From Meiothermus sp. (GTDB lineage: Bacteria; Deinococcota; Deinococci; Deinococcales; Thermaceae): a DNA stretch of 49,909 bases. A program made the position numbers and the translations under genes. The stretch spans positions 1-49,909 of the forward strand of contig JANRLD010000116.1 of assembly GCA_033762915.1 (NCBI GenBank). Reading direction: 5' to 3'. The notes under the pieces are model-generated. The model was given only the letters and a program-made list of their open reading frames with translations, searched no databases and was not told the DNA's origin. Shown in pieces: positions 1 through 8,484 of the stretch. Position 1 is the first letter of the stretch. Every line of letters starts with the position of its first letter.

Positions 1-2
1 TC

Positions 3-200
3 GAGGCGCTTCCTTACCTGCTGCTGTACAACCTGGTGTTCGTGCTGCCCTTGGTGGCCCTCACCCTTGGGGTTTACTTCGGTCGGGTCGGGGTTGAAGC
101 CACCGGAGAGTGGCGCGAGCGCAACCTCCGCAACCTTCACGGCATTGCTGGGGTAGTCCTGGTGGCCCTGGGGCTGGCGGTGCTGTTGGGCACGGTATAA
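3..200 (+). CDS. 3' fragment of a membrane protein, CcdA/cytochrome c biogenesis-like (truncated by window edge)
   Basis: Open frame ...YLLLYNLVFVLPLVAL...HGIAGVVLVALGLAVLLGTV* ends at TAA 198-200; two hydrophobic helices; YLLLYNLxFVLP resembles CcdA-like proteins. Confidence 0.55.
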   Translation, partial: EALPYLLLYNLVFVLPLVALTLGVYFGRVGVEATGEWRERNLRNLHGIAGVVLVALGLAVLLGTV

Positions 201-573
201 GGGAAAGTGGGGAGGTTCAAGGGACAGAGTCTCGCCATTGATGAGGCAGCAGTGCGCGCCGAAACGCCGGCAGGGAATTGCGACTTTGATCTCTCGAGGG
301 CAGTTCGTTAGCACTTCCTCTGTTTTCGCAAACTCACCCCCTCACATCGCATCGATGCGTAAACAGTGCGTTTCGGGCTTGACCGGTCAAAGGCCCGAGG
401 TGCGAAATCCATCCCCCGCCGCACTTCCGGGATTGGCAAGGTTCGCTTCCACTCGAGGGCTGCCGCAGGTCACCAGTTGAAGTTTGAGATGCCGCCCAGA
501 AACGCCCGTAGTCAATTGCGCCACGGACGTCACAGCTGCCCTCTATGTTCTTGCAGACTCACTGTGGTGCACC

Positions 574-879
574 TCAAGGGCTGCGCCCCCCACCGATACC
601 CCATTTGACCTGGAAAGCTTCCCAGCTCAGCCCGAAGTAGTCGCGGTTCTTTTCGACATAACCTCGCCACTGCGCGGGTACGTCTTCCTCGATGAAGATG
701 GCTGAGACCGGGCAGGCGGGCACGCAGGCCCCGCAGTCGATGCACTCGTCGGGGTGGATGAACAGCATCACCTCGCCGCGATCCTCATCTATCTTGGGGT
801 GGATGCAGTCCACCGGACAGACTTCGACACAGTCACGTCGTTTGGCTCCCACACAGGGTTCGCAGATCACATGGGGCAT
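574..879 (-). CDS. 7Fe ([3Fe-4S][4Fe-4S])-type ferredoxin, accessory copy
   Basis: [41 protein letters not shown] upstream of ATG 879. Confidence 0.92.
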   Translation of the reverse strand: MPHVICEPCVGAKRRDCVEVCPVDCIHPKIDEDRGEVMLFIHPDECIDCGACVPACPVSAIFIEEDVPAQWRGYVEKNRDYFGLSWEAFQVKWGIGGGRSP

Positions 880-929
880 GGCGTCCTCCTCATCACGTTT
901 CCGACCAATACTCCGCCCATGGCACAGCA

Positions 930-1006
930 CTAAAGCGTTCACCAAAGCGGAGTATCGCACTCGGTACGGCAAAAAACGCCGTACCGAGTGTTTGTGGGAA
1001 CGCTCT
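930..1006. repeat. ~77-bp MITE/REP-like element, copy 1
   Basis: Imperfect terminal inverted repeats (TAAAGCGTTC...GAACGCTCT) and a perfect 13-bp internal stem CACTCGGTACGGC/GCCGTACCGAGTG (958-990); homologous to 6536-6613. Confidence 0.8.
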
Positions 1007-1845
1007 CAAAGGTGATTGGCCTCTGTCGATTGCAGCACCAACACCGGGGTTTGAGCAAAGGTTAGCCATCGCTGGAGGCCCTCCCCCGTTAACAGCGGCG
1101 AATCGGCCCCCAGCACCAGACCGTCACAGCCGCTGAGGGCTTGAATGTGGGCCAAGCGCTCGAGGCCGACTTGTCCCGCATAGATAGTCCGAACCCGCAC
1201 CTTTCGGCCGGTCTGCCAGGCTTGCATTGCTGGGCCCATCGCCGCCTCGTCACCGGTGATAAGTACGGTAAGGGGTTGGGTACCCGCCTCGCGAATGCTC
1301 AGGGCCACATCCAACACCGCCTCGGCCTTGAGGGAAGCGGAGTGCAGAACCACCAAGGGTTCCCGGAAGCTGGAGTGCTGGGGTAGGAGCAGCATCGAGC
1401 GTTGGACTTGGCCAAGCACTGAGGCTAGACTGGAAGGGGAGTAGACTTTCAGACCCAGTACCTGTCTTTGGGTCGTCAGCACCAGTAGGTCCTCGGCCGG
1501 CTCGAGCGAAGTGAAGACCTGGCCAATCTCACCCCGCACAACCTGAAACGAGCACGTCACTCCGAAGCGCCCGGCAGCCGTTTCCAGCTCGGCCTGGGAC
1601 TGTACTGAGAGCGCGTGAAGTTGGGCCTCGAGGCGCTCCCTATCCAGATGGTTGCCCGCGGTGTTGAAGGGGCTGACTTGCTTTGCGATGGGGAGCTCAG
1701 CCCATCTGAGCAGGTTGGGGTCTTCCACAAACAGGCCCAGCACCTGCGCCCCCAGCTTCGCAGCTAGCCGCACTGCAGCACCGACGGTCTGGGCGCTGCG
1801 GTTGGTAAGGTTTTGGGCCAACACGACCCGGCGAATCCTGGTCAT
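1006..1845 (-). CDS. Universal stress protein (USP)-like tandem-domain protein
   Basis: RRVVLA..AAVRLAAKLGAQVLGLFVED, FQVVRG, DLLVL and C-terminal PVLVL pattern; overlaps the lonC stop (ATGA). Confidence 0.75.
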   Translation of the reverse strand: MTRIRRVVLAQNLTNRSAQTVGAAVRLAAKLGAQVLGLFVEDPNLLRWAELPIAKQVSPFNTAGNHLDRERLEAQLHALSVQSQAELETAAGRFGVTCSFQVVRGEIGQVFTSLEPAEDLLVLTTQRQVLGLKVYSPSSLASVLGQVQRSMLLLPQHSSFREPLVVLHSASLKAEAVLDVALSIREAGTQPLTVLITGDEAAMGPAMQAWQTGRKVRVRTIYAGQVGLERLAHIQALSGCDGLVLGADSPLLTGEGLQRWLTFAQTPVLVLQSTEANHL

Positions 1846-4301
1846 AACCCACTCCCAGCAGGCACGGCGGGCGGAGCCGCAAAGGCCCGAAGCTGATCTG
1901 CGAAGGCCGATAGCTGGGCTTCCACCCTGGCGTTGAGGCTGCCCTCGCCAAAACGTCCGTCGGCACCGCGCTCACCCGCCTCCTGACCCACAAGAAGCGT
2001 TAGGGCCTGGTCCACGTTGTCCACCGCCCAAATCTTAAACTGGCCCGCCGAGACCGCGTCCAGCACCGCCTGCTGCAACATCAGGTGCTCAAGGTTGGCA
2101 CTCGGAATAATCACCCCCTGCTGGCCGTTCAGCCCAGCATCGCGGCAGACCTCGAAGAAACCCTCGATCTTCTCGTTTACCCCACCGATGGGCTGGGCCT
2201 GGCCGAGCTGGTTGACCGACCCGGTGACCGCGATGCCCTGCTTGATGGGGGCCTGGGCTAGGGCCGAGAGGACCGCGCACAACTCGGCCAGCGAAGCGCT
2301 GTCGCCCTCCACGCCCGCGTAGGATTGCTCAAAAACCAGACTCACCGAGAGCGAGAGGGGGCGCTCCCGCGCGTAGCGCTCGCCCAAAAAGCCCGCCAGA
2401 ATCAGCACGCCTTTGGAGTGCAGCGGGCCACCCAGCTCTACCTCGCGTTCGATGTCCACCCACTCGCCCTTCCCTAGCCTCACTCGAGCGGTAATGCGGG
2501 TGGGGTGGCCGAAGCTATAACCGCCCAGACTCAGCACCGAAAGGCCGTTGACTTGACCCACCACTGCGCCCGCGGTGTCCACCATCAAGACGCCCCTCCG
2601 CACCTCTTCGCGCAGGCGTTCTTGAACGCGTCCGGCCCGGTAGATCTGCTGGTCTACGGCCTTCTGAACATCAACGGCCTGCGTGACGGAGTGGCCTTCC
2701 TGATCAGCCCAATGGTCGGCCTCCCGCAGCAGGTCGAGCAGGGTCTCAAGAGCCGCCGACACCTTGCGGCTATCGGAGACCAGCCTGGAGCCATGCTCGA
2801 TGACCCGAGCCACTGCGGCAGCTTCCAGCGGTCGAAGGCCCTCGCGCTGGGCCAGCGAGCCGATCAGACGGGCGTAGACCCGTTCGCCCTCGGGGGTGCG
2901 CTCGAGGCTGTCCTCGAAGTCGGCAGCCACCTTGAACAACTCGAGGAAGTCCGGATCGTAGGCGCACAGCAGGTAGTAGAGCAGACGATCCCCGCTGAGG
3001 ATCACCTTCAGCCGGAGCGGTATCGGCTCGGGCTGAAGAGTTACAGCATTGGACAGTCCCAGCACATCGCCCACCGAGCGGATCTGGACTTCACCCTGGC
3101 GCAGGGCCCGCTTAAGTTCTTCCCAGGCATAGGCTTGCTGCAAAACCCTTCGCACGTCCAGCACCAGGTAGCCGCCGTTGGCGCGGTGCAGCGCGCCAGG
3201 GCGGATCAGGGTAAAGTCGGTGACCAGGTTGCCAAACTGGGCGCGGTACTCAATGCGGCCCACCAGGTTTTGCAGCGAGGGGTAGTCTTCCTCCACCACC
3301 GCCGCCCCGTGGTTGTGCGAGCGATCTACCAGCAGGTTGATCTGGTAGCGTTCAAAGGTCCGGTGGTCGGAGAACAACTGGCCCAAAGTGGCCTCGGGGG
3401 AGTGCTCGCTTGCGGTCTGAGCCGCCAAGAACTCGCCCGCATTTTCGATCAGGTCCTGCTCGACCACCTCGAGGTAGGCCAGCGCGCCGGGCAGGTCAGC
3501 ATAGGGCTGGCGCACCCGGCTCAAGAGGTGTCCGATCGCGTGGCGGGTGACCTCGCGGTTGAGCTGGCGAATCTTGTCACGCCGCTCACTCTCCCACTGC
3601 GGCACCTGCTGGGCGACCGCCTGGAGTTGACCGTGCAGCCCGTCCATCGCAGCCTGAATACGACGCTGCTCCTCTTCGGGCAGTTTTTCGAAATCCTCTG
3701 AGCTGATCACCTGATTGTTGTGCATCGGGGCCAGCCCCATCCCCATGGGGGTGTGGATCAGGCTGATGCCCTGGCGATGGGCTTCGCTCTGGATGGCTTC
3801 AAAGCTGGACTGCTGTTTCTGCTTCAGCTCGCCATCAATCATCTGCCGCCGGGTACGGTAGTCCTCGCCCTCGAAAGCGGCTGGAATGGTGACCCGCAAC
3901 TCTTCCACCAGCCGTTCCATGTCCCCCTTGAGCCGCGCGCCCCACCCTGCGGGCAGCTCGAGGGCCTTGGGCTTGTGTGGCTCGCGGAAGTTGTGCACGT
4001 AGGCCCACTCCGAACCGGCTGGCTCTTGGGTGGCCTGGGCTTGGGTAAAGCGCAGGATCAGGCTCCGCTTCCCCAGGCCCAGCGGGCCCAACGCGAAAAC
4101 GTTGAAGCCCTCGCGGCGTATTCCCAGACCAAACTGAATTGCCCCCACCGCCCGTTTCTGGCCCGGCACATCGGGCAGTGGCTCGAGGTCGGCGGTGGTG
4201 TCAAAACCCAGACGGCTGGAGTCGCAGCGGTTGCAGAGGGCCGCCACCGGCAGGGAATTGATCGGCAGGGTTTGGTTAAGGGTTTCAGGCATCAGGCTCA
4301 C
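1842..4301 (-). CDS. lonC: LonC/LonB-like S16 protease (AAA_32-type N-terminus, coiled-coil insertion)
   Basis: GQKRA, Walker A-like GPLGLGKRS, PGALHRANGGYLVLD, catalytic EGDSAS (Ser) and GGVNEK (Lys). Confidence 0.9.
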   Translation of the reverse strand: MSLMPETLNQTLPINSLPVAALCNRCDSSRLGFDTTADLEPLPDVPGQKRAVGAIQFGLGIRREGFNVFALGPLGLGKRSLILRFTQAQATQEPAGSEWAYVHNFREPHKPKALELPAGWGARLKGDMERLVEELRVTIPAAFEGEDYRTRRQMIDGELKQKQQSSFEAIQSEAHRQGISLIHTPMGMGLAPMHNNQVISSEDFEKLPEEEQRRIQAAMDGLHGQLQAVAQQVPQWESERRDKIRQLNREVTRHAIGHLLSRVRQPYADLPGALAYLEVVEQDLIENAGEFLAAQTASEHSPEATLGQLFSDHRTFERYQINLLVDRSHNHGAAVVEEDYPSLQNLVGRIEYRAQFGNLVTDFTLIRPGALHRANGGYLVLDVRRVLQQAYAWEELKRALRQGEVQIRSVGDVLGLSNAVTLQPEPIPLRLKVILSGDRLLYYLLCAYDPDFLELFKVAADFEDSLERTPEGERVYARLIGSLAQREGLRPLEAAAVARVIEHGSRLVSDSRKVSAALETLLDLLREADHWADQEGHSVTQAVDVQKAVDQQIYRAGRVQERLREEVRRGVLMVDTAGAVVGQVNGLSVLSLGGYSFGHPTRITARVRLGKGEWVDIEREVELGGPLHSKGVLILAGFLGERYARERPLSLSVSLVFEQSYAGVEGDSASLAELCAVLSALAQAPIKQGIAVTGSVNQLGQAQPIGGVNEKIEGFFEVCRDAGLNGQQGVIIPSANLEHLMLQQAVLDAVSAGQFKIWAVDNVDQALTLLVGQEAGERGADGRFGEGSLNARVEAQLSAFADQLRAFAAPPAVPAGSGL

Positions 4302-4984
4302 CCCCTCGCCGGGTTTTTGCTGCTGAGGTGCTGGACCAGCCAGCCGCGGGCCAACGCCGCCACCGCTTCAAGTTTTCCCGGCTCCTCAAAGAGGTGGGTG
4401 GCTTCGGGCACCACGGCCAGTTTTTTCGGGCACTGCAACTGCCCCAGGGCGCGTCGGTTTAACTCCATCACCTCCCCGTCCCAACCCCCGACGATCAGCA
4501 GGGTAGGGGCCTTGACCTTGGGCAGCGCGGCGCCCGCCAGGTCGGGGCGACCGCCCCTACAGACCACCGCCCTAACCCGATCGGCCCGTTCGGCCGCCGC
4601 CACCAGCGCCGCCGCTGCTCCAGTGCTGGCCCCAAAATAGGCCGGCTCGAGGTGCTGCACCAGGGGTTCAGAGCCTAGCCAATCGGTGGCCCCCACCAGC
4701 CGCCGGGCCAACAGACCGATATCAAACCGGAACTCGCAGGTGTGGTCGTCCAGTGCTTCTTCAGCGGGGGTCAGCAGGTCAAAGAGCAACGTGGCCAGAC
4801 CCGCGTCTTGCATCCGGCCCGCCACCAGGCGGTTGCGCGGGCTGTGGCGACTGCTCCCGCTGCCATGGGCAAACAGCACCAACCCCCGGGCATGATCGGG
4901 AACCCATAGGTCGCCCTGGAGTACCACCGCTGCACCCAAGGAGATCACAACCGATGCCTGTTTCACGCTCAGCACCTCTGGCAT
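4298..4984 (-). CDS. Dienelactone hydrolase-like alpha/beta hydrolase
   Basis: LFAHGSGSSRHSPRN, YFGASTG nucleophile elbow, GGRPDLAG, ATHLFEEPG; RBS GAGGTG. Confidence 0.88.
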   Translation of the reverse strand: MPEVLSVKQASVVISLGAAVVLQGDLWVPDHARGLVLFAHGSGSSRHSPRNRLVAGRMQDAGLATLLFDLLTPAEEALDDHTCEFRFDIGLLARRLVGATDWLGSEPLVQHLEPAYFGASTGAAAALVAAAERADRVRAVVCRGGRPDLAGAALPKVKAPTLLIVGGWDGEVMELNRRALGQLQCPKKLAVVPEATHLFEEPGKLEAVAALARGWLVQHLSSKNPARG

Positions 4985-5117
4985 GGCTCACCTCGTTTTG
5001 CCGCGTCTACCGACCGCCGGCAACAATCCCGCCCACGTGAGCGGCCCGACCAGCACAGCACCTCAGACCACGTCTGTTTGACAACCATGCTCCCCCCGGG
5101 CCAGTGGCGAGGCGGGG

Positions 5118-5133
5118 ATTACCGCGTCATTAC
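5118..5133 (-). promoter_or_regulatory. GTAAT-N6-GTAAT box 1 (hydrolase-lonC-usp-ferredoxin unit)
   Basis: Minus strand GTAAT GACGCG GTAAT; -10 at the expected spacing is weak (CCACTG). Confidence 0.65.
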
Positions 5134-5161
5134 GGAGGCTTTTGGCCCCACCCGGTATGAC

Positions 5162-6265
5162 TCATGCGGCCACGGGCGGTTTGGTGAACAGCAGGTTTCG
5201 CTCGGTCTCGAGGTCGAAGACGTGAACCTTATCCGCTCGTGCGGCTAAAGTCAGTGCCGCTCCGACCACAGCGCTCTCCTCGGGCTCGACCCGCGCGGTC
5301 AGGGGAAAGTCCCCGCTGGTGCCGATAATGATAGTCTCAGCCCCGATCGGTTCGACCAGCTTGACCGTTGTGCGAATCCAGTTTTCGCTCGAGTCGGGCC
5401 GGGCTAGTTCGAGGTTTTCCGGGCGAATCCCCAGCCAGACTTCTTTGCCCTCGTAGCCCCGCAGCACGTCGAGCAAATCCTTTCGCAATGTGATATCCAT
5501 GTGGGCGCTCACCACGTGGCCCTGCCGGACCGTGCCCCTGAGGAAGTTCATCGCGGGAGAGCCGATGAACTCGCCTACAAACTTGCTGAGGGGCCTGTTG
5601 TACAGGTCGAGGGGGGTGTCGGCCTGTTCCATCGCTCCATTGCGCATCACCACGATGCGGTGGCCCATGGTCATGGCCTCGATTTGGTCATGGGTCACGT
5701 AGACGGTGGTTACGCCCAGCGATTGATGCAGCTCGGCCAGTGAGGCCCGCATCTCCACCCGAAGCTTGGCGTCTAAGTTGGAGAGAGGTTCGTCCATCAG
5801 AAAGACCTTGGGCTTGCGCACGATGGCCCGCCCCAGCGCAACCCGTTGCCGCTGTCCACCGGAGAGTTCACGGGGTTTGCGCTCCAGCAGGTGGTCGATT
5901 TGTAGCACTCCCGCAGCCTCCTCGACCCGCTCCCTGGTCTGGTTTTTTGGCGTGTGGCGCAGCTCCAGACCAAACGCCATGTTTTTGTACACGCTCATGT
6001 GGGGGTAGAGGGCGTAGTTCTGGAAGACCATCGCGACGTCCCGGTCCTTGGGCGGCACATCGTTGACCAGCCTATCCCCGATGTAGATCTGGCCTTCGCT
6101 GGGGCTCTCGAGGCCGGCGATCATTCGCAGCACGGTGGTCTTACCACAACCCGAAGGCCCCACCAGCACAATAAATTCTCGGTCTTTGATGGTCAGACTG
6201 AAGTCCTTGACCGCCTCCACCTTGCCAAACCGCTTGGTAAGGTGCTTGAGCACCACCGTTGCCAT
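5162..6265 (-). CDS. MalK/MsmX/UgpC-family carbohydrate ABC ATPase (no permease adjacent)
   Basis: GPSGCGKT, AMVFQNYALYPHM, LSGGQRQRVA, DEPLSNLDAKLR, YVTHDQ, C-terminal TOBE-like domain. Confidence 0.95.
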   Translation of the reverse strand: MATVVLKHLTKRFGKVEAVKDFSLTIKDREFIVLVGPSGCGKTTVLRMIAGLESPSEGQIYIGDRLVNDVPPKDRDVAMVFQNYALYPHMSVYKNMAFGLELRHTPKNQTRERVEEAAGVLQIDHLLERKPRELSGGQRQRVALGRAIVRKPKVFLMDEPLSNLDAKLRVEMRASLAELHQSLGVTTVYVTHDQIEAMTMGHRIVVMRNGAMEQADTPLDLYNRPLSKFVGEFIGSPAMNFLRGTVRQGHVVSAHMDITLRKDLLDVLRGYEGKEVWLGIRPENLELARPDSSENWIRTTVKLVEPIGAETIIIGTSGDFPLTARVEPEESAVVGAALTLAARADKVHVFDLETERNLLFTKPPVAA

Positions 6266-6286
6266 AGTCGCCCCCTTCTGCAGCAC

Positions 6287-6318
6287 AGGCTAGCGGAGGG
6301 GCATTACCGAGGGGTTAC
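6287..6318 (-). promoter_or_regulatory. GTAAC-N6-GTAAT box 2 plus -10 (TAGCCT)
   Basis: Minus strand GTAAC CCCTCG GTAAT GCCCCTCCGC TAGCCT, upstream of the ATG at 6265. Confidence 0.75.
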
Positions 6319-6535
6319 CGCGCCAGGCAACCTTGAAAAACGCTCCTCGGGGCAGAAACCCGCCCCCGCCGCGCCTCCGGGGTCGACTCTAGGTGTCTGC
6401 ATAGCTGCAATGCGAAATGGCGCCCGCCACTCCGCCCTGGCAAGTAGTTGCCGCTAGCGCTGATCCCACACTTTTACCCTTAGGAAATGTACTCCCTATC
6501 GCGTTTACCACCACTACTCTGCTCACAGTGCTGCG

Positions 6536-6613
6536 CTAAAGCGGGCGATAAAGCGGAGTAGTGCGCTCGGTACGGCAAAAACCGCCGTAAGGAGTATGCG
6601 TGGGAACCGCTCT
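6536..6613. repeat. ~78-bp MITE/REP-like element, copy 2 (encodes the C-terminus of the 6536-7483 CDS)
   Basis: CTAAAGCG..AAAGCGGAGTA..CTCGGTACGGCAAAAA.CGCCGTA..GAGT..GTGGGAA.CGCTCT, colinear with 930-1006. Confidence 0.8.
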
Positions 6614-7483
6614 GAGGCGGCCTTCGTCCCAGGTCTCGAGGAATTCATGCCACTCCACCTCGACCGAGCCGAGGTTGCGACCCAGCAGCAGCCGAAAAGC
6701 GTCGAGCACCCCGGCATTGGAGTTCGCACGCGACGCCTGCTCGAGGAACTGTCTGAATTGCCGGGGCTCGACGCGCAGTTGGTCCAACAAAAACGCGATG
6801 AAAGAACCAGCCACCGGGTAACTGTGCTGGCCGTCGAGCTGGTGAAAAAGCGGATCTCCGTTTATGAGCAACGAGAGTGCCGGCAAGGAGCGATCCCGGT
6901 AAAACTTCTGCGCCCAGAAGTGAACCGAGTGGCCTTCATAAAAACCTATCGCGTCCCGGTAGGGGCAATCCGGCGTTGGAATCTCTGAGTCACAAGTCAG
7001 GCTCGGCCAGGTGAAGTACATCGCGATCCCCTCGATCCAGAAAGTGTTCAGGGCGGCAAACCCGTCCGGCAAAGTGAGAAGGTGAGCCACCTCGTGAACG
7101 TGGCAGGCATGGATGCTGTAGATGGCGCTGCGGCTGGGAATCGCCAGGCCTTGAGCGAGAAAGCCGGTCACCTGCCCCATCTCCTGGCGGGAGGCCAGCT
7201 TGAAGTACTCGGTCTTGCCGGCCAAGTTGTCCCCCCAGATTTGGGTCAGCAGGGCATGGGTCTTCTCGAGACACTCCAGCGCTGTCCCAATCTGCTTGGA
7301 GGTCATGTCCTGTGGGGTGTCCCGGTAGTGTTGGGGTAGGAAGTAGACGAAGTGAGGGGAAGCGCCCCGTTGAACCCACTCGAGGGTGAGCTCCTCCGAC
7401 TGAGCCAGAGCCGGGGCCAGTCCCAGGCCCATCAGCAACAGCAACAACGCCTTGCTAACCAGCGAGATGGCACGCATAGCCAC
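6536..7483 (-). CDS. Secreted gluzincin-like (HExxH...E) hypothetical protein, paralog A
   Basis: Signal peptide (..APALA), HEVAH ... FWIEGIA, SYPVAGSF; paralogous to 7488-8327. Confidence 0.75.
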   Translation of the reverse strand: MAMRAISLVSKALLLLLMGLGLAPALAQSEELTLEWVQRGASPHFVYFLPQHYRDTPQDMTSKQIGTALECLEKTHALLTQIWGDNLAGKTEYFKLASRQEMGQVTGFLAQGLAIPSRSAIYSIHACHVHEVAHLLTLPDGFAALNTFWIEGIAMYFTWPSLTCDSEIPTPDCPYRDAIGFYEGHSVHFWAQKFYRDRSLPALSLLINGDPLFHQLDGQHSYPVAGSFIAFLLDQLRVEPRQFRQFLEQASRANSNAGVLDAFRLLLGRNLGSVEVEWHEFLETWDEGRLRAVPTHTPYGGFCRTERTTPLYRPL

Positions 7484-7487
7484 CTCC

Positions 7488-8327
7488 TCATTTCAATGCG
7501 GCTTCGTTCCAGGTCTCCAGAAACCCACGCCACTGGGTCTCGGCCTCCGACAGCTTCTGGCCCCAGTGCACCTCGAAGGCCGCCAGCACCTCGGCACTCG
7601 AGCGAGCACTGCCGGATTGCCTCAAGAACCCCTTGAGCCGCTGCACCTTGCCGGGGTTGTCCAGCAAGAAGCTCACGAAAGACCCCGCCACCGGGTAGCT
7701 CTCCACCAGCGGCAACTGGTCAAACCGGGTGTTGCCATAGATCAGCTCCTCGAGCCGGGGCAGGGCCCCCCTGCGCAGTGCGGCCTGCGCCCAATAGTGC
7801 ACTGAGTAGAGGTTCCAGGCCCCAAGGCGGGTCTGGTAGCTGCAATTGCTGCGGTCGGCGGGGCAGTACAGCCAGGGCCAGGCGTAGGCGCGGGCCAGAC
7901 CCTCGAGCCAGAAATCGGCCAGTTGGTCGGTGGCGGGTGAAAACAGCACGTGAGCCAGCTCATGGGGGTCAGAGGCGTGGACACTGAACACCATACCCTG
8001 CCCCGAGGCCGCCTTGTCACCGAACTTACGCCCGGTCAGCCGGTGCAAATCCTCGGTAGTGGCAAACTTGTAATAGGCAATCTGAGCGTCTTTGGGGTAG
8101 TCCCAGCTGGGTGCCACCAACTCCCAGAAGACCTCGAGGCGCAGCAGCGCGATGCTTACCTGTGCCCGGGTGAGTGCCCTGGGGGTGTTTTGGTAGTCGG
8201 AAGGCTCGTAGTAGCGGAAGTGCGCCGACTCTCCCACCCTTACCCAGCTCCCCGAAGGGGGGTCGAGTGCGGCCGCACCCGGCACGATTAGGCTTGCCAG
8301 AATTACCATCAGCCAGCGCGTAGCCAT
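7488..8327 (-). CDS. Secreted gluzincin-like (HExxH...E) hypothetical protein, paralog B
   Basis: Signal peptide, HELAH ... FWLEGLA, SVHYWAQ, SYPVAGSF, FLETW. Confidence 0.75.
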   Translation of the reverse strand: MATRWLMVILASLIVPGAAALDPPSGSWVRVGESAHFRYYEPSDYQNTPRALTRAQVSIALLRLEVFWELVAPSWDYPKDAQIAYYKFATTEDLHRLTGRKFGDKAASGQGMVFSVHASDPHELAHVLFSPATDQLADFWLEGLARAYAWPWLYCPADRSNCSYQTRLGAWNLYSVHYWAQAALRRGALPRLEELIYGNTRFDQLPLVESYPVAGSFVSFLLDNPGKVQRLKGFLRQSGSARSSAEVLAAFEVHWGQKLSEAETQWRGFLETWNEAALK

Positions 8328-8383
8328 CTTCTCCCCTCACCCCCTTTCGCCCTCCCGCAGTCCCGAAAAACCCTCCCAAGCCA

Positions 8384-8415
8384 AGGATGCACCCAAGGAA
8401 TTACTGCGGCATTAC
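8384..8415 (-). promoter_or_regulatory. GTAAT-N6-GTAAT box 3 plus -10-like CATCCT
   Basis: Minus strand GTAAT GCCGCA GTAAT TCCTTGGGTG CATCCT. Confidence 0.7.
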
Positions 8416-8435
8416 CGGGGCCTTCAACCTCGGCC

Positions 8436-8467
8436 GTAATCGCTTGGTAACGCCACCCGGCTAGCTT
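8436..8467 (+). promoter_or_regulatory. GTAAT-N6-GTAAC box 4 plus -10 (TAGCTT)
   Basis: GTAAT CGCTTG GTAAC GCCACCCGGC TAGCTT, followed by RBS GGAGGG and ATG 8485. Confidence 0.75.
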
Positions 8468-8484
8468 TAGTCTGGAGGGTTGCC

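Noticed and set aside
2505..3701. Long plus-strand ORF (398 aa), and similar antisense ORFs at 9448-10416, 28800-29711, 32399-33547 and 33869-34831
   Set aside because: Shadow frames opposite well-supported genes; expected in high-GC DNA and lacking recognisable motifs
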